Positions 1 through 10,292 of a stretch of DNA of 64,000 bases are shown one piece after another (within the stretch, counting starts at the first letter, position 1; each line of letters opens with the position of its first letter). The notes beneath the pieces were generated by a model, which searched no databases, was not told the origin of the DNA, and saw nothing but the letters and a program-made list of their open reading frames with translations. The translations under genes were made by a program, and so were the position numbers. This stretch comes from Polaribacter sp. Lineage in GTDB: Bacteria > Bacteroidota > Bacteroidia > Flavobacteriales > Flavobacteriaceae. The DNA lies in NCBI GenBank assembly GCA_042091715.1, contig JBELGW010000009.1, forward strand, positions 5,270 through 69,269, given 5' to 3'.

Positions 1-789
1 CCTTAGAATGGATTTGTCCAAAGCTTTCGCAATTTCTCGATAAGAAACCTGTACTTGTTTTGGTTTTCCACTTAGTAAATCTCTACCCTGAACCAACATG
101 TCTTCTGGAGGGTTGTCTAGGTCTTCTGTGGCAGCTCCTATTTTTATTTTTATTTTTTCTGCTGTGGTTTCACCAACATATAAGTTATGTTGGGTTCGCA
201 TGTAATACATAATATCATTTGTGAATAAATCACCTGCTACTTTAACAGATTGATCACAGACAATTCCAGCCAATGCAATCACTGCGATTTCGGTAGTTCC
301 ACCTCCTATGTCAATAATCATATTTCCTTTAGGCTCCATGATATCTATACCTACACCAATTGCAGCAGCCATTGGTTCAAAAATCAAGTAAATTTCTTTG
401 GCATTCATGTGACGAGCAGAGTCTTGTACGGCACGTTTTTCTACTTCTGTAATGCCAGATGGAATACAAATTACCATACGAAGAGCAGGAGGGAATAGCT
501 TCTTTTTAATGGATGGAATTTGTTTTACAAACTGTTTAATCATTTCTTCCGAAGCTTGGAAATCTGCAATTACGCCATCCTTTAAAGGTCGAATGGTTTT
601 GATGTTTTCATGGGTTTTTCCTTGCATCAGGTTTGCTTCCTTTCCTGTGGCAATAATTTTTCCCGTAATTCTATTTCGAGCTACGATTGAAGGACTATCG
701 ATCACAACTTTACCATTGTGAATAATTAGCGTGTTGGCAGTACCTAAATCGATTGCTATATCTTCAGTCATGAAGTCGAAAAAACCCAT
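1..789 (-). CDS. mreB: Rod shape-determining protein MreB (3' end runs off the window)
   Basis: Manual translation from ATG at 789: MGFFDFMTEDIAIDLGTANTLIIHNGKVVIDSPSIV..., with the actin-like ATPase motif DLGTANT; lies downstream of purH. Absent from the ORF track because the stop is outside the window. Confidence 0.95.
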   Translation of the reverse strand, partial: MGFFDFMTEDIAIDLGTANTLIIHNGKVVIDSPSIVARNRITGKIIATGKEANLMQGKTHENIKTIRPLKDGVIADFQASEEMIKQFVKQIPSIKKKLFPPALRMVICIPSGITEVEKRAVQDSARHMNAKEIYLIFEPMAAAIGVGIDIMEPKGNMIIDIGGGTTEIAVIALAGIVCDQSVKVAGDLFTNDIMYYMRTQHNLYVGETTAEKIKIKIGAATEDLDNPPEDMLVQGRDLLSGKPKQVQVSYREIAKALDKSILR

Positions 790-826
790 AAAATTATCTT
801 TTTTGATATTATTCTTTGTAACCTTA

Positions 827-834
827 CAAATCTA
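827..834 (-). promoter_or_regulatory. Bacteroidetes sigma70 -7 element (TAGATTTG) for mreB
   Basis: Matches TAnnTTTG about 40 nt upstream of the ATG. Confidence 0.55.
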
Positions 835-878
835 CTAAATTTCTATGTGCAAAGCACAGATTATCGCGTAGTTATTTT

Positions 879-2411
879 TTAATGTTTAAAATGTCTAATA
901 CCAGTGAAAACCATCGCAATATTTTGTTGGTTGCAGTAATCAATACTGAGTTGATCTTTAATCGAACCTCCAGGTTGAATCACACTCTTTATTCCTGCAT
1001 GATCTGCAATTTCTACGCAATCGGGGAATGGGAAAAATGCATCACTCGCCATCACCGCTCCGTTGAGGTCAAACCCAAAATTTGTTGCTTTTTCGATAGC
1101 TTGTTTAAGTGCATCAACCCTGCTTGTTTGTCCAGTTCCGCTCGCTAATAGTTGCTTGTTCTTTGCCAGTACAATGGTATTCGATTTTGTATGCTTGCAG
1201 ATTTTTGAAGCAAACAATAAATCCGATAATTCGTCTTCAGAGGGCTTTGTCTCTGTGGCATAGGCCAGGTCAGTAAGGGTGTCGGTTTTGTGGTCTTTGT
1301 CCTGGACAAGAATTCCATTCAAACAGGTTCTTACCATGTCTTGAGGCATCTCAGTTTCTTTTTGAACAAGTAGCACTCTGTTTTTCTTCCCTTTTAAAGT
1401 CTTTTGGGCTTCCAAAGAAAAAGAAGGGGCAATCACAACCTCACAAAATAATTTATGAATTTCTTCTGCTGTTGCTGCGTCTATTTCTGTATTTGAAATC
1501 AATACACCACCGAAGGCAGAGGTTGGGTCACCTGCTAAGGCATCTAGATAGGCTTGTTTAACTGTTTCTCTTTGTGAAAAACCACAAGCATTATTGTGTT
1601 TTAAAATGGCGAAAGTAGGGAGTTCATTTTGAAACTCATTCATTAAATTCACCGCTGCATCAATGTCTAATAAATTGTTATAACTAAGTTCTTTTCCATG
1701 TAGCTTTTCAAATATCTTTTCTAAGTTTCCAAAGAAAAATCCTTTTTGATGCGGATTCTCTCCATAGCGAAGCGCTGTTGCATTAGGTTCGCTTATTTTT
1801 AACACAGTTTCTTGGTCATCTGAATTGAAGTAGTTGAAAATAGCTGTGTCGTAATGAGAGGAAATGTGAAATGCTTTGCTCGCTAATTTTTTTCTATCAG
1901 CAATTGTTGTAGTTCCTTGATTTTGTGAAATCAGTTGTAAAAAGTCATCATATTGCTCCATAGAAGAGAGAATAACGGTGTCTTTAAAGTTTTTTGCAGC
2001 TGCTCTTATCAGAGAAATTCCACCAATATCAATTTTTTCAATGATCTCTTGCTCAGTTGCTCCTGAAGCAACCGTTTTTTCGAAAGGATAAAGATCAACA
2101 ATAACGATGTCTATTTGAGGGATGTCAAACTCTTTTAATTGAGCGGCATCATGCTCATTTTCTTGTCTATTTAAAATGCCTCCAAACACTTTTGGGTGCA
2201 ATGTTTTTACCCTTCCTCCTAAAATCGATGGATATGAAGTAACGTCCTCTACCGGTACTACAGGAATATCTAATTGCTGTATGAATTTTTCCGTACCTCC
2301 CGTAGAGTAAATAGTGACGTTCTGTTCGTGTAGCTTTTGTACTAAAGGGGCTAATCCGTCTTTGTGAAAAACAGAGATTAATGCTGATTTAATAGTCTTT
2401 GTGTTGCTCAT
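879..2411 (-). CDS. purH: Bifunctional AICAR transformylase / IMP cyclohydrolase
   Basis: Motifs ALISVFHK, STGGT, GGRVKTLHP, IDIGG, LRYGENPHQ, KHNNACG and SDAFFPF. Confidence 0.98.
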   Translation of the reverse strand: MSNTKTIKSALISVFHKDGLAPLVQKLHEQNVTIYSTGGTEKFIQQLDIPVVPVEDVTSYPSILGGRVKTLHPKVFGGILNRQENEHDAAQLKEFDIPQIDIVIVDLYPFEKTVASGATEQEIIEKIDIGGISLIRAAAKNFKDTVILSSMEQYDDFLQLISQNQGTTTIADRKKLASKAFHISSHYDTAIFNYFNSDDQETVLKISEPNATALRYGENPHQKGFFFGNLEKIFEKLHGKELSYNNLLDIDAAVNLMNEFQNELPTFAILKHNNACGFSQRETVKQAYLDALAGDPTSAFGGVLISNTEIDAATAEEIHKLFCEVVIAPSFSLEAQKTLKGKKNRVLLVQKETEMPQDMVRTCLNGILVQDKDHKTDTLTDLAYATETKPSEDELSDLLFASKICKHTKSNTIVLAKNKQLLASGTGQTSRVDALKQAIEKATNFGFDLNGAVMASDAFFPFPDCVEIADHAGIKSVIQPGGSIKDQLSIDYCNQQNIAMVFTGIRHFKH

Positions 2412-2432
2412 GTTGTTGTGTTGTTAAGCACA

Positions 2433-2440
2433 CAAAGCTA
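2433..2440 (-). promoter_or_regulatory. -7 element (TAGCTTTG) for purH
   Basis: TAnnTTTG about 22 nt upstream of the ATG. Confidence 0.55.
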
Positions 2441-2701
2441 CTAAATCTCAGAGGTAAATGCACTACAAACAGATGAAAAATAAATGACAAATGTAGGACT
2501 GTATTTGCGCAAGCATACCTCATGATAATCATTCCATTTTTAGACTTCCTTCATCGATATTCTATCGCGCTACCTTTAGCGTCTTCTCCAACAAAAATAC
2601 GATCAATAAGGTTGTTTATATTCCAACGCACCTGGAAAAATCGCTTCCTTGCGTCTGGTATTATGAGCACATAATCTAGCGCAGAGCTATGATAGATTAG
2701 A

Positions 2702-3154
2702 TCATAAGTAATTAGAGATCATTGAACAGGTAAATTCTAATAAAGCTTCATCCTGTTTCGTAAAAATATTTGCGGTATGAGAGTCGATATCTATTTGTCC
2801 GATATTTTCTCCTTTGACAAAGATAGGAATGACAATTTCAGATTTTACTTTCCAACCACAAGAAATATAATTATCCTGCTCTGACACATCTTGTACCACA
2901 AAATTTTCATTACTCACAGCTACTTGTCCACAAATGCCTTTTCCAAAAGGAATGATAGTGTGGTCTGTTGGTTCTCCCGTGTATTGAGCAAGTTTTAATT
3001 CTTCCTTATCTCCATTCTTGAAATAAAACCCCACCCAATCATAATACGAAACTTGAGCCTCCAAATAGTCGCAAATAGCTTGTAGCTTGTCGCCAATAGC
3101 GTCCGTTCCTTCTAAGATGGTTGCAATAGTTGCTTTTAAATTTTCTAGTTGCAT
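2702..3154 (-). CDS. GAF-domain protein, free methionine-R-sulfoxide reductase (fRMsr/MsrC-like)
   Basis: YDWVGFY, IPFGKGICGQVA, YISC...SEIVIP and IGQIDIDS. Start moved to MQLENLK (3154) because the ORF-track upstream extension looks non-coding. Confidence 0.85.
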   Translation of the reverse strand: MQLENLKATIATILEGTDAIGDKLQAICDYLEAQVSYYDWVGFYFKNGDKEELKLAQYTGEPTDHTIIPFGKGICGQVAVSNENFVVQDVSEQDNYISCGWKVKSEIVIPIFVKGENIGQIDIDSHTANIFTKQDEALLEFTCSMISNYL

Positions 3155-3420
3155 AATGAGATGTGTTAATTGTATTAGAACATGGTTCGTTATAGAATAA
3201 TGCACAAATAACTGAATTTTGTGGCAAATATCTGACAAAAGAGTCGTCTTTTTTTGTCTTCTTGTTGTGTCCAAATCATTACAAAGAAACATCTGTTTTA
3301 TAAGATTATGATCTGTGTTTTTTTTGAGGTCTATTGTTTGTATTCCTTATAAACTGCACGTTACAAGATTGAAACATGAAATAAACACCTCGTTATGATC
3401 GGTTTTTACAAGAATGTTTG

Positions 3421-3428
3421 TATTTTTG
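3421..3428 (+). promoter_or_regulatory. -7 element (TATTTTTG) for the HYC_CC_PP/TBDR/HMA unit
   Basis: TAnnTTTG 10 nt before ATG 3439, implying a very short 5' UTR. Confidence 0.5.
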
Positions 3429-3438
3429 TGCTGATTTT

Positions 3439-3843
3439 ATGACACGCTTTCTACACAAAATAGCATCCTTATTCATGGCAGTAATTGTACTGCTTTCAAC
3501 CATGTCTTTTACAATTGAAAAACACTACTGTGGAGATTATTTGGTGGATATTTCTATACTTGGAAATTTGGAGAAATGTGATATGAAGTCAGAGCAAGCA
3601 GCGGTATTGAAAAAGAAAGACTGTTGTTCAGACGAAATACTTCATGTTGAGGGTCAAGATGAATTGCAAAAAGAAAATTTCAATACACTCCCTATTTATC
3701 AGAAGCTTTTTCTAACCGATGTGTTTTTTAAGAAACTTGCTTTTCTTGATTCAAAAGAAGGGTTGTCTGCAAGAAATTCAGGACCACCCGACCTCCATCA
3801 ATGCAAAAATTTACAGATCTTTTACCAAACCTTTTTAATCTGA
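3439..3843 (+). CDS. HYC_CC_PP family protein (N-terminal hydrophobic helix, Cys motifs, C-terminal GPP)
   Basis: Hydrophobic N-terminus, then EKHYCG, KKDCCSDE and SGPP, ending QTFLI; directly upstream of a TonB receptor. Confidence 0.85.
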   Translation: MTRFLHKIASLFMAVIVLLSTMSFTIEKHYCGDYLVDISILGNLEKCDMKSEQAAVLKKKDCCSDEILHVEGQDELQKENFNTLPIYQKLFLTDVFFKKLAFLDSKEGLSARNSGPPDLHQCKNLQIFYQTFLI

Positions 3844-3916
3844 TTTTACAAAAATTACAGCAAGAAGCCTCTCATAACCAGAAGAGATACGTGTATAATT
3901 TTTATAAAATAAAGTA

Positions 3917-6157
3917 ATGAAGAAAATAGTTGTCAGTCTATGTTTACTGATTCCCATATTATCATTCGCTCAACAAAAATTGAAAGGGATGATTATCGAT
4001 AAAGAACGTTCAAAAGATACGCTAGGAGTTTATGCAGCCAATGTATATTGGCTTGGGACCTCTGTAGGAACAATAACCAATGAAAAGGGGTGGTTTGTAA
4101 TACCCTATAAGAAGTCATATAAACAATTAGTTGTGAGTTATGTGGGTTATAAGACGGATACATTGACCATCACCAACCTTGATCCGATTCGTCATGTTTT
4201 AACTCCGGAGGGGCAGCTCGATGAAGTGGTTCTTTCCAATACGAAAAAGGGCATCCAAAAATCGTTTTTAAAAACTCAAAATACATTTACGGTAAACAAA
4301 GAGGAGCTTTTAAAGGCTGCATGTTGTAATCTATCGGAGAGTTTCGAAACAAACCCGTCTATTGATGTGAGTTTCTCGGATGCGCTAACAGGAACAAAGC
4401 AAATTCAGATGTTAGGGTTAACAAGTCCGTATTTGCTGTTCAATCAAGAGAACATTCCTTCTATAAGAGGAGCGTCACAGGCATTTGGATTAACGTTTAC
4501 TCCAGGTACTTGGATAGAGAGTATTCAAATCACTAAAGGAGCGGGAAGTGTAGTAAATGGTTTTGAGAGTATTTCTGGGCAAATTAATGCAGAGTTGGTG
4601 AAGCCATTTTCAGACAATACGCTTTTTGTGAACACCTATGCTTCGTTAAATGGACGCTTAGAATTAAATACGCATGTCAATCAAAAGTTGTCGGAAAAAT
4701 GGCAAACAGGTTTCTATGTTCATGCCGATTATCGAGGAGAGAAGTTTGATAGAAATGAGGATGGCTTTTTAGATGTGCCTTTGTCTCGACAAATCAACAT
4801 GATGAATCGATGGCAGTATACAGATGCTGCAAAAGGATGGATTAGCTTTGTGAATGTGAGATACCTTCAGGATACCAAGCAAATGGGTCAAATTAATTTT
4901 GATCATGATACAGATGAAGGAAGTTCTGAGGTTTGGGGTAGTGAAATAGCAACCAAACGATTTGAAAGTTCTGCGAAATTAGGCTATGTTTTCCCGCAGA
5001 TGCCTTTTCAAAGTTTTGGGTTGCAAGTTGCCTATAGCAATCACGAACAAGATTCCTATTTTGGTTTGAATTTATACGATATAAATCACAAGAGCTTTTA
5101 TGGAAACCTATTGTTTAACTCCATTATTGGAGATACCAGAAACAAATTTAAAACTGGGATTGGTTTTTCACAAGACACCTATTCAGAGCAGGTGAATCAA
5201 TTGCGCTATGATCGAACAGAAGCCGCAGCTGGAGCGTTTTTTGAGTATGCATACGACAATTTAAATAATTTTAGTTTCACCGCAGGCCTGCGAATAGATC
5301 GGCATACCTATCTAGGGACTTTTGTTACACCTAGGCTGCACCTTCGCTATGTGCCATGGGCAGATGCTGTGCTGCGTGCATCGGTAGGGAAAGGAAGAAG
5401 AAATGCTGCTATTTTTGCCGAAAATCAAAAGTACTTTGCCAGTTCAAGACAGGTGAACATATCAAGTAGTGGTGACAACGTGTATGGTCTGTCTCCAGAA
5501 ATTGCTTGGAATTTTGGGCTGTCGTATTTGCAGAAGTTTCGACTTTTTGATAGAAAAGGAGATGTTACTGTAGATTTTTACAGAACCGATTTTTCGAATC
5601 AAGTAGTTGTCGATGTGGAAAACCCACAGGAACTCTCCTTTTACAATTTAGCAGGAGCAAGTAAGGCAGATAGTTTTCAGATCGAGATGAATTATGAATT
5701 GGCCGATCGATTGGGTGTGCGAACGGCCTATAAGTATTACAATGTTTTTACAGATTATAGCGCTGGAAGGTTTCAAAAGCCACTACAAGCCAAACACCGA
5801 TTTTTTGGCAATATTTCTTATGAAACAGCGCAAAGATTGGAAGATTCACAGTGGAAATTTGATGTTACTTATCACTTTATTGGTGAGCAACGTTTGCCAG
5901 CGACTTTGTCAAATCCTGCAGGCTATCAGTTGCCGATACATTCCAAACCTTACAGCTTGTTAAATGCACAAATAACGAAAGTATTCTCGGAGAAGTTTGA
6001 ACTGTATGTAGGTACAGAAAACCTAACAAATTACAAACAACAAAATCCTATTGTAGGGAGTGATGCTCCTTTTGGCCCATATTTTGATACCACTATTGTG
6101 TATGCGCCAATTTTCGGAAGAATGCTCTATATGGGATTTCGATTTAAATTAGATTAA
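3917..6157 (+). CDS. TonB-dependent outer membrane receptor with Cys-Cys motif in the plug
   Basis: Signal peptide, CarboxypepD_reg-like N-domain (VSYVGYKTDTL), plug region (ELLKAACCNLSESFE; IESIQITKGAGSVVNG), barrel ending GRMLYMGFRFKLD. Confidence 0.93.
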   Translation: MKKIVVSLCLLIPILSFAQQKLKGMIIDKERSKDTLGVYAANVYWLGTSVGTITNEKGWFVIPYKKSYKQLVVSYVGYKTDTLTITNLDPIRHVLTPEGQLDEVVLSNTKKGIQKSFLKTQNTFTVNKEELLKAACCNLSESFETNPSIDVSFSDALTGTKQIQMLGLTSPYLLFNQENIPSIRGASQAFGLTFTPGTWIESIQITKGAGSVVNGFESISGQINAELVKPFSDNTLFVNTYASLNGRLELNTHVNQKLSEKWQTGFYVHADYRGEKFDRNEDGFLDVPLSRQINMMNRWQYTDAAKGWISFVNVRYLQDTKQMGQINFDHDTDEGSSEVWGSEIATKRFESSAKLGYVFPQMPFQSFGLQVAYSNHEQDSYFGLNLYDINHKSFYGNLLFNSIIGDTRNKFKTGIGFSQDTYSEQVNQLRYDRTEAAAGAFFEYAYDNLNNFSFTAGLRIDRHTYLGTFVTPRLHLRYVPWADAVLRASVGKGRRNAAIFAENQKYFASSRQVNISSSGDNVYGLSPEIAWNFGLSYLQKFRLFDRKGDVTVDFYRTDFSNQVVVDVENPQELSFYNLAGASKADSFQIEMNYELADRLGVRTAYKYYNVFTDYSAGRFQKPLQAKHRFFGNISYETAQRLEDSQWKFDVTYHFIGEQRLPATLSNPAGYQLPIHSKPYSLLNAQITKVFSEKFELYVGTENLTNYKQQNPIVGSDAPFGPYFDTTIVYAPIFGRMLYMGFRFKLD

Positions 6158-6158
6158 G

Positions 6159-6530
6159 ATGAAAAAAATAGTATTAATTGTGATGGCATTCTTGCTATCT
6201 GTTTCTGTGCAAGCACAGAAAAAAAATAAAAATGCCAAAGTAACTATTGAGGTAGATGGAGTGTGTATGATGTGTAAAAAGCGGATTGAAACGGCGGCGC
6301 TAAAAACCAAAGGTGTAAAATTTGCCTTGTGGGATTTGAAAACACATCAGTTGCAATTGATTATTGATGAGCGTAAAATAGATGTGACATCAATTCAGAA
6401 AAATATAGCTTTAGTAGGTCATGATACCAAGCCTATAAAAGCTACTGATGCCGCCTATGACACCGTGCATCCATGTTGTAGGTATAGAGACGATGATCCA
6501 ATGAAAGATTACCGAGGGCAGGATGATTAA
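6159..6530 (+). CDS. Exported heavy-metal-associated (HMA) domain protein
   Basis: Signal peptide (SVQA/Q), VDGVCMMCKKRIE CxxC motif, C-terminal HPCCRYRD; 1 nt after the receptor stop. Confidence 0.9.
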   Translation: MKKIVLIVMAFLLSVSVQAQKKNKNAKVTIEVDGVCMMCKKRIETAALKTKGVKFALWDLKTHQLQLIIDERKIDVTSIQKNIALVGHDTKPIKATDAAYDTVHPCCRYRDDDPMKDYRGQDD

Positions 6531-6561
6531 AGAGCTGCTTAATATTATGTGTGATGTAAAT

Positions 6562-6596
6562 AAAAAAAAACCTCGAGAATTTCTCGAGGTTTTTTT
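6562..6596. terminator. Bidirectional intrinsic terminator between the HMA gene and groEL
   Basis: A9-CCTCGAGA-ATT-TCTCGAGG-T7 between convergent genes. Confidence 0.9.
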
Positions 6597-6617
6597 ATTT
6601 ATATAGCTACCTTATCA

Positions 6618-8264
<1,647 letters not shown>

Positions 8265-8268
8265 TTAA

Positions 8269-8544
8269 TTAAATAATTGCTAAAATATCGCTCTCTCTCA
8301 TCATTAAATAATCAGAGCCTTCTAGTTTCAATTCAGTTCCTGCATATTTTCCGTACAACACAGTATCTCCTATTTTCACTGTTAAAGGAGTGTCTTTGGT
8401 TCCGGTTCCAATAGCAACAACGGTTCCTTTTTGAGGTTTTTCTTTTGCGTTGTCTGGTATGATTAAACCAGAAGCTGTTTTCGTTTCAGCAGCAGCAGGT
8501 TCTACAAGAACTCTGTCTGCAAGTGGTTGAATGTTTAATGCCAT
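8269..8544 (-). CDS. groS: Co-chaperonin GroES
   Basis: [37 protein letters not shown]. Confidence 0.99.
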   Translation of the reverse strand: MALNIQPLADRVLVEPAAAETKTASGLIIPDNAKEKPQKGTVVAIGTGTKDTPLTVKIGDTVLYGKYAGTELKLEGSDYLMMRESDILAII

Positions 8545-8641
8545 TATATAAGTTTAAATATGTATTATTTCTGCTTCTGTATTCTCAGAAACTATGCCAG
8601 TGCTAAAAAACTGACAATCTTTCAAATACTCGGTTTGAATG

Positions 8642-8649
8642 CAAATGTA
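8642..8649 (-). promoter_or_regulatory. -7 element (TACATTTG) for groES-groEL
   Basis: TAnnTTTG immediately downstream of the secG terminator. Confidence 0.55.
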
Positions 8650-8655
8650 GGGTAT

Positions 8656-8692
8656 AAAAAAATGCCAACGTGTCATTTACGTTGGCATTTTT
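8656..8692 (-). terminator. Intrinsic terminator after secG
   Basis: AAAAATGCCAACG-loop-CGTTGGCATTTTT inverted repeat with U tract. Confidence 0.85.
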
Positions 8693-8711
8693 AATAAGGT
8701 TGTAGCGCGTA

Positions 8712-9044
8712 TTAGTTTACGCTATCTTTTGTTGCTGGAGCAGTTGTTGTTTCAGCAGGTGCTGTAGTTACATTTTCTAGCGTGTTTTCTAGTTGCGGAT
8801 TGTTGCTGTTCCCTCTAGGAATTGCAAAGTTTGCCAATAAGATTAAAGCAAACATTGAAATAGCTAAAGTCCAAGTAGAGCGATCTAAGAAGTTATTGGT
8901 GTTTTGTACACCCCCCATTGATTGTGCTCCACCGCCACCAAATGATGATGACAAACCTCCTCCTTTAGGATTTTGTACCATTACAATTAATATCAAAGCA
9001 ACTGCGACAATTAATATCAACACTAAAAATAAGTTATAACTCAT
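8712..9044 (-). CDS. secG: Preprotein translocase subunit SecG
   Basis: Two TM helices; VMVQNPKGGGLSSSFGG and NFLDRSTW. Confidence 0.95.
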   Translation of the reverse strand: MSYNLFLVLILIVAVALILIVMVQNPKGGGLSSSFGGGGAQSMGGVQNTNNFLDRSTWTLAISMFALILLANFAIPRGNSNNPQLENTLENVTTAPAETTTAPATKDSVN

Positions 9045-9047
9045 GAT

Positions 9048-9752
9048 TTATTTATTTTGTAAAATTCTAATTCTTTTAATTTGGTCTGCAAAGAAACTAC
9101 TTTTTTCTGGATATTTCAAACTTAATATTTCATAAGCTTTTATTGCATTTTCGTATTTTTTTTGCTCCAAGTATACTTTGGCAAGTGTTTCTGTCATCAA
9201 GTAGGCATCTTCCTGTTCTGTAATCCTTGTTGCTTTCTTGTCAGAATCTTTTGAAATCTTACTGATTTTTGGATTTTTTCTGATGAAATTATCGATGATC
9301 GCAGTTTTTTGATTTTCCTTGCTTTCCTGCCTGTCAATTTTTTTATGGCTGGAAAGCTGCAACCATTGGTTGAATGAATATTGTTCCTGGTGAGTAAAAG
9401 AAATGGGAGTTCCTATATCTAGTGTTTTTTCAATAGCGGCAACTGACTTTTCTACGTTCGATAATACATCCACGGTCTGATTGCTATCAATAACTATGTT
9501 TTTCTCTTGCGTAAATACTTGCGAAATGATAAAATCAAATAATACAGCTCTATCTGTGGTATAAGCAGCAGTTTTTTTTAAGGCTTTGTTGTATTTAAAA
9601 CTTCCATTTTTTTTCAGTTCTTTCAAATAGATTGCTCTTACTCCTTGAAAGTACGGATATTCATTGATTAAAGATTCTAAGTCATCTAGATGCTCTATCT
9701 CGATATTTTTAGGTGCCTTCAAAAGGTCTGTGAAGCTTTGTAGGTTCATCAT
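9048..9752 (-). CDS. Conserved TPR-like hypothetical protein
   Basis: EYPYFQ N-terminal helical region; C-terminal MTETLAKVYLEQKKYENAIKAYEILSLKYPEKSSFFADQI TPR-like repeat. Confidence 0.7.
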   Translation of the reverse strand: MMNLQSFTDLLKAPKNIEIEHLDDLESLINEYPYFQGVRAIYLKELKKNGSFKYNKALKKTAAYTTDRAVLFDFIISQVFTQEKNIVIDSNQTVDVLSNVEKSVAAIEKTLDIGTPISFTHQEQYSFNQWLQLSSHKKIDRQESKENQKTAIIDNFIRKNPKISKISKDSDKKATRITEQEDAYLMTETLAKVYLEQKKYENAIKAYEILSLKYPEKSSFFADQIKRIRILQNK

Positions 9753-9756
9753 ATAA

Positions 9757-10263
9757 CTACCATTTTGCTACAGAGGCATTAAAAATATCTTGAGTGATTC
9801 TTTCTATAATTTCGTTAAAAGCTGTTTCCAAAGCTCCTCCAATTAATTGTGTGTTTGCAGGGTAGTCATAATAGAATGAAAAAGCTTTTTCAAAGTTGTC
9901 TTTTTCTACAAACTTATTGAAATACCTCACATTAATAGTTATTGTGAGTCTATTTTGTGCAGCTGTTTGTTGTGCTGTTGCACTCATAGGAGCAATCCTG
10001 TATCCGGTAATTTCTCCTTCAAAATGCAGATCACCTCCACTTGTAGTTGCAGATAAGTTTGTTTGTCTTGCAAATAAATCTTGTAGATCTTGTGTGAACT
10101 TTTGACTGAGTGAAGGTTCTATTAAGGGCGCGTTATTTCTGAAAAAATCTATTTGTATGGTTTTTGCTTTTCCGGTGTCCCCTCCAGTAAATGAATAAGA
10201 ACCACATGATGCTATCAGCAAAAGACTAAGAACAAAGCTTGCAAGAAATAAGAGTTTTTTCAT
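9757..10263 (-). CDS. lptE: LptE-family outer membrane lipoprotein
   Basis: Lipobox LIASC, YSFTGG, KTIQIDFFRN, QNRLTITINVRY, consistent with the Bacteroidetes LptE fold. Confidence 0.8.
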   Translation of the reverse strand: MKKLLFLASFVLSLLLIASCGSYSFTGGDTGKAKTIQIDFFRNNAPLIEPSLSQKFTQDLQDLFARQTNLSATTSGGDLHFEGEITGYRIAPMSATAQQTAAQNRLTITINVRYFNKFVEKDNFEKAFSFYYDYPANTQLIGGALETAFNEIIERITQDIFNASVAKW

Positions 10264-10292
10264 ATTGATTTCAAATATAGATAAAGAATGTT

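Noticed and set aside
2675-2686. 12-bp match (TCTGCGCTAGAT) between this spacer (minus strand) and the spacer near 30180
   Set aside because: Many 12-mer matches are expected by chance in 64 kb, and the match does not extend.
8598-8606. CIRCE-like half site (TTAGCACTG on the minus strand) upstream of groES
   Set aside because: The second arm (GAGTGCTAA after N9) is absent, so HrcA control is not supported.
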